Source of the DNA: Chloroflexota bacterium
GTDB lineage: Bacteria > Chloroflexota > Dehalococcoidia > UBA2247 > JAUWOP01
NCBI GenBank assembly: GCA_030612045.1
Contig: JAUWOP010000004.1
Coordinates: forward strand, 1 to 47,626
Length of the DNA: 47,626 nt
Reading direction: 5' to 3'
Shown here: positions 9,419-19,795 of the stretch, in pieces
Numbering within the stretch: the first letter of the stretch is position 1
Layout of the letters: every line of letters starts with the position of its first letter
Translations under genes and position numbers: made by a program
Notes under the pieces: generated by a model
Told to the model about the DNA's origin: nothing
The model's database searches: none
Seen by the model: the letters and a program-made list of their open reading frames with translations, nothing else

Positions 9419-10417
9419 ATGGCAGATTATAAAGGTGTGCTAGTAGTTGGAGAGGTGGTTGATGGGAAGCTAGCAGCAATAACCAGTGAACTTCTAGGGG
9501 CAGGCAGGGGTTTAGCTGATGCCCTCGGTGAGACACTAATAGCAGTCTTGATAGGAAGCAATGTTAAGGGCTACGCCCAAGAGGGTGTTGCTTATGGAGC
9601 AGATAAGGTATATGTAGTAGAAGACCCTCTCCTTGAGCAATATCAGGGGGATTCTTACCTGGCTGTAGTGGAGAAGCTTGTAAATGAAGTGACGCCATCC
9701 ATAGTTCTTATGGGGCAGACCTCGATAGGGCGTGACCTGGCTCCAAGGCTAGCTTTCCGGTTGAAGTCAGCTGCATCAATGGATTGTGTAGCGCTAGGTA
9801 TTGACCCTGATTCTAAGTTACTTCTGGGAACAAGAGCAGTATATGGTGGGAATGCTCAAGCAATTTTTGCGATGGAGTCTAAACCACAGATAGCTACTGT
9901 CCGAGCTAAGGCAATGGAGCCTCTGGGGAAGGATGATTCTCGTAAAGGTGAGGTCATTACGCTGGAATCAGGACTAGATGCTTCTCAGATAAGAACCAGG
10001 TATCTTGAGACTGTTAAAGAAGAGATAGCCGGCATAAAGCTGGAAGATGCTGCAATAGTGGTAGGTGGAGGACGAGGTATAGGCGGTCCCGATGGATTTA
10101 AAGAGCTGCAGAAATTGGCTACTTTGTTGAAGGGAGCAGTAGGCGCAACACGTCCACCCTGTGACAATAAGTGGGTAAATGATACTCTACAAATCGGGCT
10201 TACGGGTAAGATTGTTACCCCGGATGTGTATATCGCAGTGGCTCTCTCAGGCTCCAGCCAACACCTATCTGGATGTTCTGGTTCGAAGAATATTATCGCT
10301 ATAAATAAAGACCCCGAGGCGAACATATTCAAGGTGGCTCGTTTCGGAGTAGTAGGAGACTGGAAGCAGGCGGTGCCTGCCTTCACTGAGAAGGTCAAGG
10401 AATTGCTAGCAGGGTAG
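9419..10417 (+). CDS. etfA: Electron transfer flavoprotein subunit alpha
   Basis: GGGRGIG, GATRP, QIGLTGKIV, SGSSQH, AINKDPEANIF. Confidence 0.95.
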   Translation: MADYKGVLVVGEVVDGKLAAITSELLGAGRGLADALGETLIAVLIGSNVKGYAQEGVAYGADKVYVVEDPLLEQYQGDSYLAVVEKLVNEVTPSIVLMGQTSIGRDLAPRLAFRLKSAASMDCVALGIDPDSKLLLGTRAVYGGNAQAIFAMESKPQIATVRAKAMEPLGKDDSRKGEVITLESGLDASQIRTRYLETVKEEIAGIKLEDAAIVVGGGRGIGGPDGFKELQKLATLLKGAVGATRPPCDNKWVNDTLQIGLTGKIVTPDVYIAVALSGSSQHLSGCSGSKNIIAINKDPEANIFKVARFGVVGDWKQAVPAFTEKVKELLAG

Positions 10418-10425
10418 GAAAAAAA

Positions 10426-10452
10426 GTAGGGGCAGAGCTTAAGCTCTGCCCC
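10426..10452. repeat. GTAG-prefixed perfect 24-bp palindrome (REP-like or terminator) after etfA
   Basis: gta-ggggcagagctt/aagctctgcccc. Confidence 0.65.
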
Positions 10453-10482
10453 CACTTGGAACTAAAGCGTGTCTATGGCTAT

Positions 10483-10511
10483 TTGACAGAAGATAGGAAA
10501 TCTTGTATAAT
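10483..10511 (+). promoter_or_regulatory. Consensus sigma70 promoter of ftsA-ftsZ-ftsA
   Basis: TTGACA-17 nt-TATAAT, perfect consensus. Confidence 0.85.
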
Positions 10512-10585
10512 CGTCCGCAATTGTACCTTGAATGGTCAAGGTAAGGTTAGTTGGTTGCTATAAACAGTCCGGAGGAGGAGAAATA

Positions 10586-11863
10586 GTGCAGAATGGAACT
10601 CTGGCTGCTGTGGATTTGGGCACTTCGAAGGTATGTACTATAATAGTCAATGTAAGTGGAGGAAACATAATTGAGGTGATGGGATGGGGAGTAGCTGAAT
10701 CTGCCGGGGTGGAAAAGGGTGTGATAGTAGATATCGAGAAGGCAGGGGACTCGGTTGTGGAATCGCTGGAACAGGCAGAGAAGGCGCGGGGCCTGAGGGT
10801 GCAGTCAGTAGTAATGAACACGAGTGGGAGGCACCTGAGCTCATTTAATAATAGAGCTACACTGGCTATTCACCATCGTAGCCATGTAGTATCCAAGAGA
10901 GAGGTTAAGAAGGGCTACAAGGCTTCCACAGACATTGACCTGCCTATAGACCGAGGGATGCTGCATGCTATCCCGCGTGGTTATCACCTGGATGGGCTGG
11001 CTAGCACCAGGAATCCCGTAGGGTTATTCGCCTATAAGCTAGAGGTGGAGAGTCATATTATCACAGCAGGGTTAGCGTCTGTCCAGAATCTGGTAGAATG
11101 CCTTGCCAGTATTGGTGTGAAGGTAGGGCATGTAGTAGCGAATTATATTGCCAGCGGTGCAGCAATGTTACAGGAAGGAGATGAGGAGAGAGTAGTAGCA
11201 GTAGTAGATATTGGGGCAGGCACTACAGATGTGGCAGTGTATAAGGATGGGCGTATCTGGCATAGCTTTGTTCTGACCATCGGCGGTGACCAGGTGACCC
11301 GAGACATGGCAGCAGGACTGGGTATTTCCTTTGAGATGGCAGAGAAGCTTAAAATGGAGTATGGGTCTACCTTGGATTTAGAGAGTTCTAAGATGGAGGA
11401 GGTGAGCTCTAAGGTCCACCAGAAGTACGGGATTTCTTACGAGTACATGAACTATATTATAAAGGCACGGGTAGAGGAACTCTTGGAGATGGTACATGTG
11501 AAACTGGCGGACATGGCAGGTGAGGATACCGCTGCTCTCACTGGTGCTTCAGTGCGATTGTGTGGAGGAGGTGCTCATCTGAAGGGGTTGCCTGAGACGG
11601 TTCGTGAGGTTATGGGTATCCCAGCAGTGGTCGCTGTACCCAAGAGATTAGCTGGACCGTATCCTTCTCTGGATGATATCTCATTTGCTACAGGTATAGG
11701 TTTAGTGTTATGTGAATTAGCCGAGGAGAAGGTAATGGGTGCTCGATTCTTGAGTCAGGATGGCTTTCTCAAACGGAGGAGAACCCGCCCGCGTATTAAT
11801 CTGCCTCGGATAAGCATCAAGTTATCAAGAGGTATGTCTAGAAGGACCTCTCGTCGGCATTAG
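10586..11863 (+). CDS. ftsA: Cell division protein FtsA (divergent paralog 1)
   Basis: DLGTSKVC, VDIGAGTTD, GGDQVTRD, AEKLK, GGGA actin-fold motifs; GTG at 10586 after SD ggaggag. Confidence 0.88.
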   Translation: MQNGTLAAVDLGTSKVCTIIVNVSGGNIIEVMGWGVAESAGVEKGVIVDIEKAGDSVVESLEQAEKARGLRVQSVVMNTSGRHLSSFNNRATLAIHHRSHVVSKREVKKGYKASTDIDLPIDRGMLHAIPRGYHLDGLASTRNPVGLFAYKLEVESHIITAGLASVQNLVECLASIGVKVGHVVANYIASGAAMLQEGDEERVVAVVDIGAGTTDVAVYKDGRIWHSFVLTIGGDQVTRDMAAGLGISFEMAEKLKMEYGSTLDLESSKMEEVSSKVHQKYGISYEYMNYIIKARVEELLEMVHVKLADMAGEDTAALTGASVRLCGGGAHLKGLPETVREVMGIPAVVAVPKRLAGPYPSLDDISFATGIGLVLCELAEEKVMGARFLSQDGFLKRRRTRPRINLPRISIKLSRGMSRRTSRRH

Positions 11864-11891
11864 TAATAATAAGGAGGGGGAGAAAAGGGCT

Positions 11892-12980
11892 ATGGCTAAA
11901 ACAACATTTACACCACCGGGGGCAAGGATACTAGCTGTTGGGGTGGGTGGTGGAGGCTCAAATGCGGTAAACCGTATGGTGCGTGAGTCAATCCGTGGAC
12001 TGTCACTTGCCACAATTAATACTGATGCGCAGGCGCTGGCGTTGTCAGAGGCACAGGAAAGGATTCAAATTGGTGAAAAGTTTACTCGTGGTCTGGGAGT
12101 TGGCGGTGACCCTGAGGCTGGCAGGAAGGCTGCTGAAGACAATATAGATGAGCTGGCTCAGTTAGTAGATAAGATTGACCTGCTGTTTGTTACTGCAGGG
12201 ATGGGTGGTGGAACTGGCACAGGGGCTGCCCCTGTAATTGCTCAACTGGCCAAGGAAAAGGGCACCCTGGTAGTAGGAGTGGTGACTACACCATTTAATT
12301 TTGAGGGAATGCGGCGACGCCAGGCAGGTGATAAGGGTATCGATGCGCTCAGGAAGCATGCTGATGCAGTAATTGTAGTTAATAATGAAAGATTGTTTGA
12401 GGTTCCTGCTTATGACTCTCGACTCACAGTGGATAATGCCTTCAAGATGGCAGATGATGTATTAATGATAGGGGTTCGAGCTATTACAGAGGTAATCACT
12501 GAGTCCGGGTTAATAAACCTTGACTTCGCTGATGTGAAGGCAGTTATGGATAATGCTGGTGAGGCATGGCTCTCAGTAGCTAGGAATAGTGGGCAGGGTA
12601 GAGCAGTGGAAGCCGCCAGGGAAGCTATTCACAGTCCTCTGCTAAACGGTAATATCAAGGGAGCAAAGCGAGTCCTGTTTACTATCAGTGGTAGCTCCAA
12701 CCTTACCCTGGCAGAGGTCAATCAGGCTGCTGAGGTCATTCGTAATGAGGTGGCAGAGGAGGCCAATGTAATCTTTGGTGTTGACCTTAATCATGGGATT
12801 GATGATGAGGTAATGCTGGTGCTGATTGCTACAGGGTTTGCCTCTAACGCAGAGATAGTTCGGAAGGCACAGGATAAGAGGGTTCACCAGTATCTCAAGG
12901 GAATAAATGACTCTGATCTGGATATGCCAGCATTTGCTCGTATGCCTTCTGCCATGCGACACAATGGAAGGCAATCCTGA
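11892..12980 (+). CDS. ftsZ: Cell division protein FtsZ
   Basis: GVGGGGSNAV, GMGGGTGTG, INLDFADV, C-terminal DLDMPAFAR. Confidence 0.97.
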   Translation: MAKTTFTPPGARILAVGVGGGGSNAVNRMVRESIRGLSLATINTDAQALALSEAQERIQIGEKFTRGLGVGGDPEAGRKAAEDNIDELAQLVDKIDLLFVTAGMGGGTGTGAAPVIAQLAKEKGTLVVGVVTTPFNFEGMRRRQAGDKGIDALRKHADAVIVVNNERLFEVPAYDSRLTVDNAFKMADDVLMIGVRAITEVITESGLINLDFADVKAVMDNAGEAWLSVARNSGQGRAVEAAREAIHSPLLNGNIKGAKRVLFTISGSSNLTLAEVNQAAEVIRNEVAEEANVIFGVDLNHGIDDEVMLVLIATGFASNAEIVRKAQDKRVHQYLKGINDSDLDMPAFARMPSAMRHNGRQS

Positions 12981-13021
12981 GAGAATAGTTCTAGCTAGAT
13001 GATGAATCTGACAGGAGAAAG

Positions 13022-14236
13022 ATGACCAGAGATGGTATTGTAACCTCTATTGATGTAGGTACCTCTAAAATCTGTACCATAATAGCCAATGTGAGAGAGG
13101 GAAGTATCACCCAAATTCTGGGTATGGGTATTGTTCCCTCTCATGGTATACAAAAGGCTATCGTGGTTGATATTAATGAACCTACAGAAGCAATTAGAGA
13201 GTCAGTGATAGAGGCAGAGCGGAGTAGTGGAATCAGGGTGAAATCAGCCTATGTGGGTATCACTGGTAAACACATTAACTCATTTAACCGCCATGCCAGT
13301 GTAGCCACCAGCAGGCGTGACCACAAGGTCACAGATAAGGTGCTCAAGCAAGCAATTAAGTCTGCCAGTAATATTAACCTGCCTGAGGGGAGAAAGCTAA
13401 TTCATGCTATCCCGCGTCAGTATATCCTGGATGGACAGGCGGGGATTAAGAATCCACTGGGAATGCATGCCTATAAGCTGGAGGTGGAGACCCATGTAAT
13501 TACTGGTGGTGTCAGTTTTATTCAGAACCTGGTCAGGTGCGTTCAGGGAGTCGGGATTGATGTAAAGGACCTCATTCTGGAGCCTATTGCTGACAGTGAG
13601 GCAGTGCTGGAAGCAGGGGAGAGAGAGTCGGGAGTTATCCTAGCTGATATTGGAGCAGGTACTACGGATATCATCGTATTCAGAGATAGTGATATCTGGC
13701 ATAGTTCAGCATTACCTGTGGGAGGGCATCAGGTAACCAGAGACCTGGCTCTAGGTTTGGGTATTCCTTTTAATATAGCCGAGGAGCTTAAGAGAAACTA
13801 TGGTGAGGTGATGCTACCAGAGGAAGGTAATCTGCGAACTATCAACATGGGAGCTGCAGGGAATAGCATCTCCGGGGCAGAGGTATCCTATATTATTAGA
13901 GCTCGTTTGACAGAAACCCTGAAGATGATTTTCTCGGATGTACCCAGAGACAAGTGGGAATCATGGGAGCCGGCGAGTCTGGTGCTCACTGGCGGGACGG
14001 TTAATCTACCAGGGACGGATATGCTAGGACAGGAGGTGCTGAGCCTCCCGGTACGAGTAGGGAGACCTGCTGGTATAGTCGAAGGTGCCGCTGGTCTCAG
14101 TGACCCGGCTTATGCCACAGGTATAGGGTTGTTACTCTGGGGGGTAAAGTATGGGGGAGAAAAGGTCTCTCCTCCTGCTGGTGGTGTATTGAGGAACTTC
14201 TTCTCACGGCTGACCAGGCGGTTCTGGGGGCACTGA
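13022..14236 (+). CDS. ftsA: Cell division protein FtsA (paralog 2)
   Basis: DVGTSKIC, DIGAGTTD, LTGG, PVRVGRP, YATGIGLL, amphipathic C-terminus. Confidence 0.93.
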   Translation: MTRDGIVTSIDVGTSKICTIIANVREGSITQILGMGIVPSHGIQKAIVVDINEPTEAIRESVIEAERSSGIRVKSAYVGITGKHINSFNRHASVATSRRDHKVTDKVLKQAIKSASNINLPEGRKLIHAIPRQYILDGQAGIKNPLGMHAYKLEVETHVITGGVSFIQNLVRCVQGVGIDVKDLILEPIADSEAVLEAGERESGVILADIGAGTTDIIVFRDSDIWHSSALPVGGHQVTRDLALGLGIPFNIAEELKRNYGEVMLPEEGNLRTINMGAAGNSISGAEVSYIIRARLTETLKMIFSDVPRDKWESWEPASLVLTGGTVNLPGTDMLGQEVLSLPVRVGRPAGIVEGAAGLSDPAYATGIGLLLWGVKYGGEKVSPPAGGVLRNFFSRLTRRFWGH

Positions 14237-14252
14237 GAGCTTACCCGGAAAC

Positions 14253-14285
14253 TACCTGTAGGAGCGGTCCCCTGACTGCGATAAT
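14253..14285 (+). repeat. GTAG-type REP-like repeat, matching 35242-35274
   Basis: tacctgtaggagcggtcccctgactgcgataat vs tacctgtgggagtggtctcctgactgctattat (28/33 identical). Confidence 0.6.
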
Positions 14286-14358
14286 CCTCAGTTGTGATAA
14301 TTCGCAACAAGAATGTTGTTCCTACATCAGAATGATAAGCAAGCCTTCATACAATTGC

Positions 14359-14388
14359 TTGACACACCTTCACTAAGGATGATAAACT
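14359..14388 (+). promoter_or_regulatory. Putative promoter of the ribosomal superoperon
   Basis: TTGACA-18 nt-TAAACT with an extended -10 TG. Confidence 0.6.
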
Positions 14389-14428
14389 TCAAGTTCGAGT
14401 TCTGAGTAATTATGTTTGGGAGGATAAG

Positions 14429-14860
14429 TTGCCTACGATAAACCAGCTTGTGCGGCATGGGCGGAGGCATGTTGTGCCTAAGGTTAAAACCCCAGCGCTG
14501 CGGGTTTCTTATAATGTGCTTAAGAATAAAGTGGTGTATGGCAAAGGTTCCCCGCAGAAGAGGGGAGTATGCATTCAAGTAAAAACTACTACTCCCAAGA
14601 AACCGAACTCCGCTTTGCGCAAGGTTGCTCGTGTGAGATTAACTAATGGGATGGAGTTGACTGCTTACATTCCTGGGGAGGGGCATGACATCCAGGAACA
14701 TTCTGTAGTTCTTGTGGAAGGAGGCAGAGTAAAGGATCTGCCTGGAGTGCGCTATCATATTGTCCGTGGGGCTCTAGATGCTGGTGGTGTAGCTAATAGA
14801 CGGCAATCGCGCAGTAGATATGGGACAAAAAAAGATAAAGGCTCGGGACGTGGTGCCTAA
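14429..14860 (+). CDS. rpsL: 30S ribosomal protein S12
   Basis: [31 protein letters not shown]; TTG start. Confidence 0.98.
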   Translation: MPTINQLVRHGRRHVVPKVKTPALRVSYNVLKNKVVYGKGSPQKRGVCIQVKTTTPKKPNSALRKVARVRLTNGMELTAYIPGEGHDIQEHSVVLVEGGRVKDLPGVRYHIVRGALDAGGVANRRQSRSRYGTKKDKGSGRGA

Positions 14861-14955
14861 TCTTTAGTGGTGGTGGTTGGAGAGTTGGGTTATATGCCTT
14901 AGTTGTAGGCGCCAAGTGTACAATACCCGGGCTTTTTGCTGTTTGGAGAAGCTAA

Positions 14956-15426
14956 GTGTCAAGACGAAGAAGAGCTGAAAAGAGAAAGATACCACCCGAT
15001 GTTAAGTATAACAGCGAGTTAGTCTCTCGATTAATCAATAGATTAATGGTTGGTGGTAAGAAGAGAACAGCAGAGGGAATCGTGTATTCTGCGATGGGTA
15101 TAGCTGCGGAACAGCTGAAGAGAGACCCTGAGGAGACCCTAGATAGAGCCATACAGAATATAACTCCTCTGTTAGAGGTTAAGCCACGGCGTGTTGCTGG
15201 CTCTACCTACCAGGTTCCGGTAGAGGTGAGAACAGGTCGAGGGCTCTCTTTAGCACTGCGATGGCTGGTTACCATTAGCCGGGCACGCAAGGGACACTCT
15301 ATGGCTGAGAAGCTAGCCAATGAAATTGCTGATGCCGCTCGGGGTCAAGGGGTCGCCGTCAAGAAGCGTGAAGATACCCATAAAATGGCAGAGGCGAATC
15401 GTGCGTTTGTACATTTTCGATGGTAA
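14956..15426 (+). CDS. rpsG: 30S ribosomal protein S7
   Basis: GSTYQVPVEV, HKMAEANRAF; GTG start. Confidence 0.98.
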   Translation: MSRRRRAEKRKIPPDVKYNSELVSRLINRLMVGGKKRTAEGIVYSAMGIAAEQLKRDPEETLDRAIQNITPLLEVKPRRVAGSTYQVPVEVRTGRGLSLALRWLVTISRARKGHSMAEKLANEIADAARGQGVAVKKREDTHKMAEANRAFVHFRW

Positions 15427-15451
15427 TATAAAAGTATTATGAAGAGGGAAA

Positions 15452-17638
15452 TTGACTTTGACTAAAACTCAACTGATGCCAGCAAGTGTAAGCATCACGA
15501 AAAATGGTTCGAGCTTGAAAATGTCCAAATTAGCTTATAGCTTAGGTAACATATCAGTTGATATGGTGCGAAATATAGGGATTATCGCTCACATTGATGC
15601 GGGTAAGACTACTGTTACGGAAAATATGCTTTATTTCACCGGATATAAATATAAGATTGGTAGTGTAGATGACGGCACAACTGTAATGGATTGGATGGAC
15701 TTGGAGCGGGAACGGGGGATTACTATTACCGCTGCCGCTACTACGTGTTATTGGCGTGGGTACCAAATGAACGTTATTGATACACCAGGACATGTAGATT
15801 TTACCGCTGAAGTAGAACGTAGTCTCAGAGTGCTCGATGGGGGTATTGTCATTTTTGATGCGGTGGCCGGAGTACAATCTCAGTCTGAAGTAGTCTGGCG
15901 GCAAGCAGATAAATATAGGATCCCACGTATTTGCTTCGTGAATAAGATGGATAGGACTGGTGCCAGCTTATCTCGTACGGTGGATATGATTGAGAAAAAG
16001 CTTCATACAAAGGTGATGTTGATTCAGTTACCCTGGGGTGATGAGGAGAGGTTTAGAGGAGTTATCGACCTAATAGAGGAACGAGCATGGTCTTTCGATG
16101 ATGATGTATCAGCACTTAGCTGCTCTGAAATTCCTCCGGAGTATCTAGGTCTGGTAGAGGAACATCGAGAGATACTGCTGGAGAGATTAGCAGAGGCTGA
16201 CGAAGGATTTATGGCTGCGTATCTGGGGGGAGGAAATATTCTCCCTGCTGATATTAAGAGAGCATTGCGTCGTGTTACTATAGAACTCAGAGGAGTACCA
16301 GTTCTCTGTGGCAGTGGGTTAAGAAATAAGGGTATCCAACCCTTATTGGATGCAGTGGTTGACTATTTGCCCTCACCTATAGATATCCCCCCGGTTACAG
16401 GTATGGAATTCCGAGGAGATAAGAAGATTACTCGGATTACCAGTGATGATGAATCCTTTGCTGCATTAGCCTTTAAGATAACTGTTGACCCTTTTATGGG
16501 GCGGATGGTTTACCTTCGGGTCTACTCAGGTAAGATAAAGACGGGGGCTCAGGTGTTTAACTCTACCAGAGAGAGGAAGGAGCGACTAGGACGGTTGCTT
16601 CGAATGCAAGCTAACCACTGTGAGGAGGTCGAAGAGAGTAGAAGTGGCGATATTGTGGTAGCTCTTGGTTTGAAGAATACCTTCAGTGGTGATACCCTGT
16701 GTGATATTAAAGAACCCATTCTTCTTGAGGCAATAAGTTTCCCCCCCCCTGTGATTTCAGTAGCACTAGAAGCTAGGACTAAAGTAGAGCAGGGTAAGAT
16801 TGTCGAGGCGCTATCTAAGTTGTCGGAAGAGGACCCCACCTTCAAGTGTTATTACGATAGAGAAACGGGACAGACTATCATATCAGGGATAGGCCAGCTT
16901 CATCTCGATGTAATAACTGAGCGTCTACGTCGTGACTTTAACCTTGATGTAAAGGTAGGTCGCCCACAGGTAGCTTATAAAGAGACTATCAGCAAATCTG
17001 TGCGGTCTGAGGGGAGGTTTATTAAGCAGGTTGGAGGTCATGGGCAATATGGTCATGTATGGTTGGAGATAGAGCCTGCGGAGAGGAACAGCGGGATTCA
17101 GTTTATTAGTCGGATGCGAGGGGGGGTTATACCAGAGGAATATGTCCCTGCGGTAGAAGCGGGCGTTAGAGACGCTGCGGAACGAGGTAGTATGGCAGGG
17201 TATCCACTGGTAGATATAAAGGTAACTCTCGTAGATGGGAGTTTTCATGAGGTTGATTCATCAGAGATAGCTTTTAGAATGGCAGGTTCGATTGCTCTAA
17301 AAGAAGGAGTAAAGAAGTGTTCACCTGTGTTGCTTGAACCTGTGATGAGGTTTGAAGTGGTCACCCCTAAGGAGTTTCTAGGAGATGTGTTGGGTGGGCT
17401 TGATGCTCGAAGAGCTCAGATTGAAAACCTCGAAACGCAGGGGGAGCTAATGATAATTCATGGGAGTATCCCTTTGGCAGAGACTTTTGGATATGTTACA
17501 AGCCTTCGTTCGGCAACTCAGGGTAGAGCGGTACATTCAGTGGAGTTTAGTCATTATGTAGAATTACCTTTAGCAATGGCTGATCAAGTTATTAGTAGGG
17601 TAAGAATCGTTTCTCCCTTTACAGGGAGAGGACGTTAG
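15452..17638 (+). CDS. fusA: Elongation factor G (start uncertain: TTG 15452 or ATG 15521)
   Basis: AHIDAGKTT, ERGITI, DTPGHVDF, NKMD, GQYGHV, FHEVDSSE. Confidence 0.96.
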   Translation: MTLTKTQLMPASVSITKNGSSLKMSKLAYSLGNISVDMVRNIGIIAHIDAGKTTVTENMLYFTGYKYKIGSVDDGTTVMDWMDLERERGITITAAATTCYWRGYQMNVIDTPGHVDFTAEVERSLRVLDGGIVIFDAVAGVQSQSEVVWRQADKYRIPRICFVNKMDRTGASLSRTVDMIEKKLHTKVMLIQLPWGDEERFRGVIDLIEERAWSFDDDVSALSCSEIPPEYLGLVEEHREILLERLAEADEGFMAAYLGGGNILPADIKRALRRVTIELRGVPVLCGSGLRNKGIQPLLDAVVDYLPSPIDIPPVTGMEFRGDKKITRITSDDESFAALAFKITVDPFMGRMVYLRVYSGKIKTGAQVFNSTRERKERLGRLLRMQANHCEEVEESRSGDIVVALGLKNTFSGDTLCDIKEPILLEAISFPPPVISVALEARTKVEQGKIVEALSKLSEEDPTFKCYYDRETGQTIISGIGQLHLDVITERLRRDFNLDVKVGRPQVAYKETISKSVRSEGRFIKQVGGHGQYGHVWLEIEPAERNSGIQFISRMRGGVIPEEYVPAVEAGVRDAAERGSMAGYPLVDIKVTLVDGSFHEVDSSEIAFRMAGSIALKEGVKKCSPVLLEPVMRFEVVTPKEFLGDVLGGLDARRAQIENLETQGELMIIHGSIPLAETFGYVTSLRSATQGRAVHSVEFSHYVELPLAMADQVISRVRIVSPFTGRGR

Positions 17639-17660
17639 ATAAGGATAGTTTATTTCGGGA

Positions 17661-17969
17661 ATGGCACAAAAAAGAATTCGTATTAAACTAAAGTCCTATG
17701 ACCATAAGATACTAGATCAGGCTGTCCGTCAAATTGTTGAGACGACGGAACAGGCTGGAACGCAGGTGGTGGGACCTGTACCACTTCCTACGCGTATTCA
17801 GAAGTTCTGTGTTATTCGCTCCCCTTTTATTCATAAGGACTCGCGTGAACAGTTTGAGATTCGTACCCACAAGCGTCTCCTTAGTATCCTGGAACCTAAT
17901 ACCAAAACCATAGAAGCTCTAACACGGCTGAATCTCCCTTCTGGGGTAGACATAGAAATGAAATTGTAG
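17661..17969 (+). CDS. rpsJ: 30S ribosomal protein S10
   Basis: [21 protein letters not shown]. Confidence 0.98.
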   Translation: MAQKRIRIKLKSYDHKILDQAVRQIVETTEQAGTQVVGPVPLPTRIQKFCVIRSPFIHKDSREQFEIRTHKRLLSILEPNTKTIEALTRLNLPSGVDIEMKL

Positions 17970-18093
17970 GTGAGAGCCCTCAGTCATCAGCGAAGGCTCA
18001 TCATTGCGAGGAGTACAGAGGTGAGATTGTCTTGCTTCATCCATAAATGGTGCATACTTCGGTTGATTGATAGTTAATAATTGATGGTGAGAG

Positions 18094-18753
18094 ATGTTTG
18101 AGCAGGGAATTATTGGAAGGAAGTTAGGCATGACCCGTATCTTTAGGGATGATGGTGTGGTGGAGGGAGTAACAGTTATAGAGGCGGGACCATGCTTCGT
18201 GACTCAGGTCAAGAATGTGGAGAAGGATGGCTATAGTGCTGTTCAGATAGGATTTGGGCTTACTATACCGCGGAAAGTAAATTCTCCAATGAAGGGGCAT
18301 CTGAGAAGGTGCGGGCAATGGCTCACCTATTTGAAGGAGTTTAGAGTTGATGATGTTGCTGCTGATATGCAGGTGGGACAAAGGGTAGATGTGAGTATTT
18401 TTAAGAGTGGTGATGTTATTGATGTTATTGGTATCTCAAAGGGGAAGGGCTTTGCAGGTGGGATGAAGCGGCACCATTTTAGGGGTGGTCCCAAATCTCA
18501 TGGGCAGTCTGACCGACATCGCGCTCCAGGTTCAGTTGGCGCCGGCAGCACACCGGGGCGGGTGTTTAAGGGAACGCGAATGGCAGGTCGCATGGGAGGC
18601 AAGCAGATTACCGTGCGTAAATTAAAAGTGGTTCGGGTAAATCCTGAGCGTAACTTTATCATGGTCAAGGGAGGAGTTCCGGGTGCAATATCCAGTATTC
18701 TAGCCCTTTCTCATAGTGTAGGTGTTACAAAAAAAGCGCTCATATTGAATTAG
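18094..18753 (+). CDS. rplC: 50S ribosomal protein L3
   Basis: GRKLGMT, KGKGFAG, HRAPGSVG, MAGRMG. Confidence 0.97.
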   Translation: MFEQGIIGRKLGMTRIFRDDGVVEGVTVIEAGPCFVTQVKNVEKDGYSAVQIGFGLTIPRKVNSPMKGHLRRCGQWLTYLKEFRVDDVAADMQVGQRVDVSIFKSGDVIDVIGISKGKGFAGGMKRHHFRGGPKSHGQSDRHRAPGSVGAGSTPGRVFKGTRMAGRMGGKQITVRKLKVVRVNPERNFIMVKGGVPGAISSILALSHSVGVTKKALILN

Positions 18754-18822
18754 ATGTAGGTAGGTAAAAGTGGTAAAAGTTATCAGTGGAGCAGATTTTT
18801 CTGTCTACCCTGTGGTGAGACA

Positions 18823-19452
18823 ATGAAGTTTCCGCTTCTAGATATTTCAGGGCAAGTTATCGATGAGATTGAGTTGATGGATGAGGTTTTTGCTGTCCCG
18901 TTCAATGAGTCTGTGGTGCATCAAGCTGTAACACGACAGCGTAATAATGCCCGCCTAGGATTAGCCAGTACTAAAACTAGAGGTAGGGTCAGGGGGAGCA
19001 CCCGAAAACTTGTTGCTCAAAAAAAGACGGGGAGGGCGCGGCGCGGAAGTGCAAAATCTCCTGTTCTTCGAGGCGGTGGGGTAGCCTTTGGACCTCACCC
19101 TCGTACCTATAGGGAGAGGATGCCAAAGAAGATGAGACGGTTGGCACTCAGGTGTGCGCTCTCAGCTAAGGCTCAGGAAGAAGCTATGGTAGTAGTGGCT
19201 CGCTTTCCTTTGGAACAGCCGAGGACTCGAGAGGTGAAACAGATATTGAAATCTCTAGGGGTTGATACTTCAGCGCTTATTGTGACTTTAACTCCGGAAA
19301 TAAATCTGATTCAGTCAGTTCACAATTTGCAGGGTATCAAGACTCTGCCTGTTGCACTAATTAACACATTAGATATACTTTCTTATCACTCACTTGTAAT
19401 GACACTTCCGTCAGTACGTCAGGCGGAGCAGATCTGGGGGTCGGCAAAATAG
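18823..19452 (+). CDS. rplD: 50S ribosomal protein L4
   Basis: QKKTGRARRG, GGGVAFGP, KKMRRLAL. Confidence 0.97.
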   Translation: MKFPLLDISGQVIDEIELMDEVFAVPFNESVVHQAVTRQRNNARLGLASTKTRGRVRGSTRKLVAQKKTGRARRGSAKSPVLRGGGVAFGPHPRTYRERMPKKMRRLALRCALSAKAQEEAMVVVARFPLEQPRTREVKQILKSLGVDTSALIVTLTPEINLIQSVHNLQGIKTLPVALINTLDILSYHSLVMTLPSVRQAEQIWGSAK

Positions 19453-19502
19453 ATGGGAGCTATTGGTAAAATAAATTTCTCTGTGCTCTCTGTGGTAAAG
19501 CA

Positions 19503-19787
19503 ATGAATATTTATAGAGTACTACGGCGGCCTATAATTACTGAGAAGAGTGCTTTCTTGAAGGAACAGAATAAGTATGTTTTCGAGGTGCTTCCCGGAGC
19601 AAACAAGCACCAGATTAGACATGCGGTGGAGAAGATTTTCAAAGTCGAAGTAGCTAGTGTAAATGTCTTAACTAATGCGGGAGAGGTGAGGCGATTGGGA
19701 AGACATAAGATGTTGACTAGTTCTATAAAGAAAGCGATAGTAACACTCAAAAAGGGAAATAAGATTGATATTATCGAAGGGGTTTAA
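19503..19787 (+). CDS. rplW: 50S ribosomal protein L23
   Basis: [20 protein letters not shown]; operon position. Confidence 0.96.
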   Translation: MNIYRVLRRPIITEKSAFLKEQNKYVFEVLPGANKHQIRHAVEKIFKVEVASVNVLTNAGEVRRLGRHKMLTSSIKKAIVTLKKGNKIDIIEGV

Positions 19788-19795
19788 GAGACTAC

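Noticed and set aside
14861-14955. Possible S7 autoregulatory RNA in the rpsL-rpsG spacer
   Set aside because: Only short hairpins are visible; cannot be supported without comparative data
17638-17661. tuf missing between fusA and rpsJ
   Set aside because: To my recollection tuf is located elsewhere in Dehalococcoidia; a lineage trait rather than a novelty
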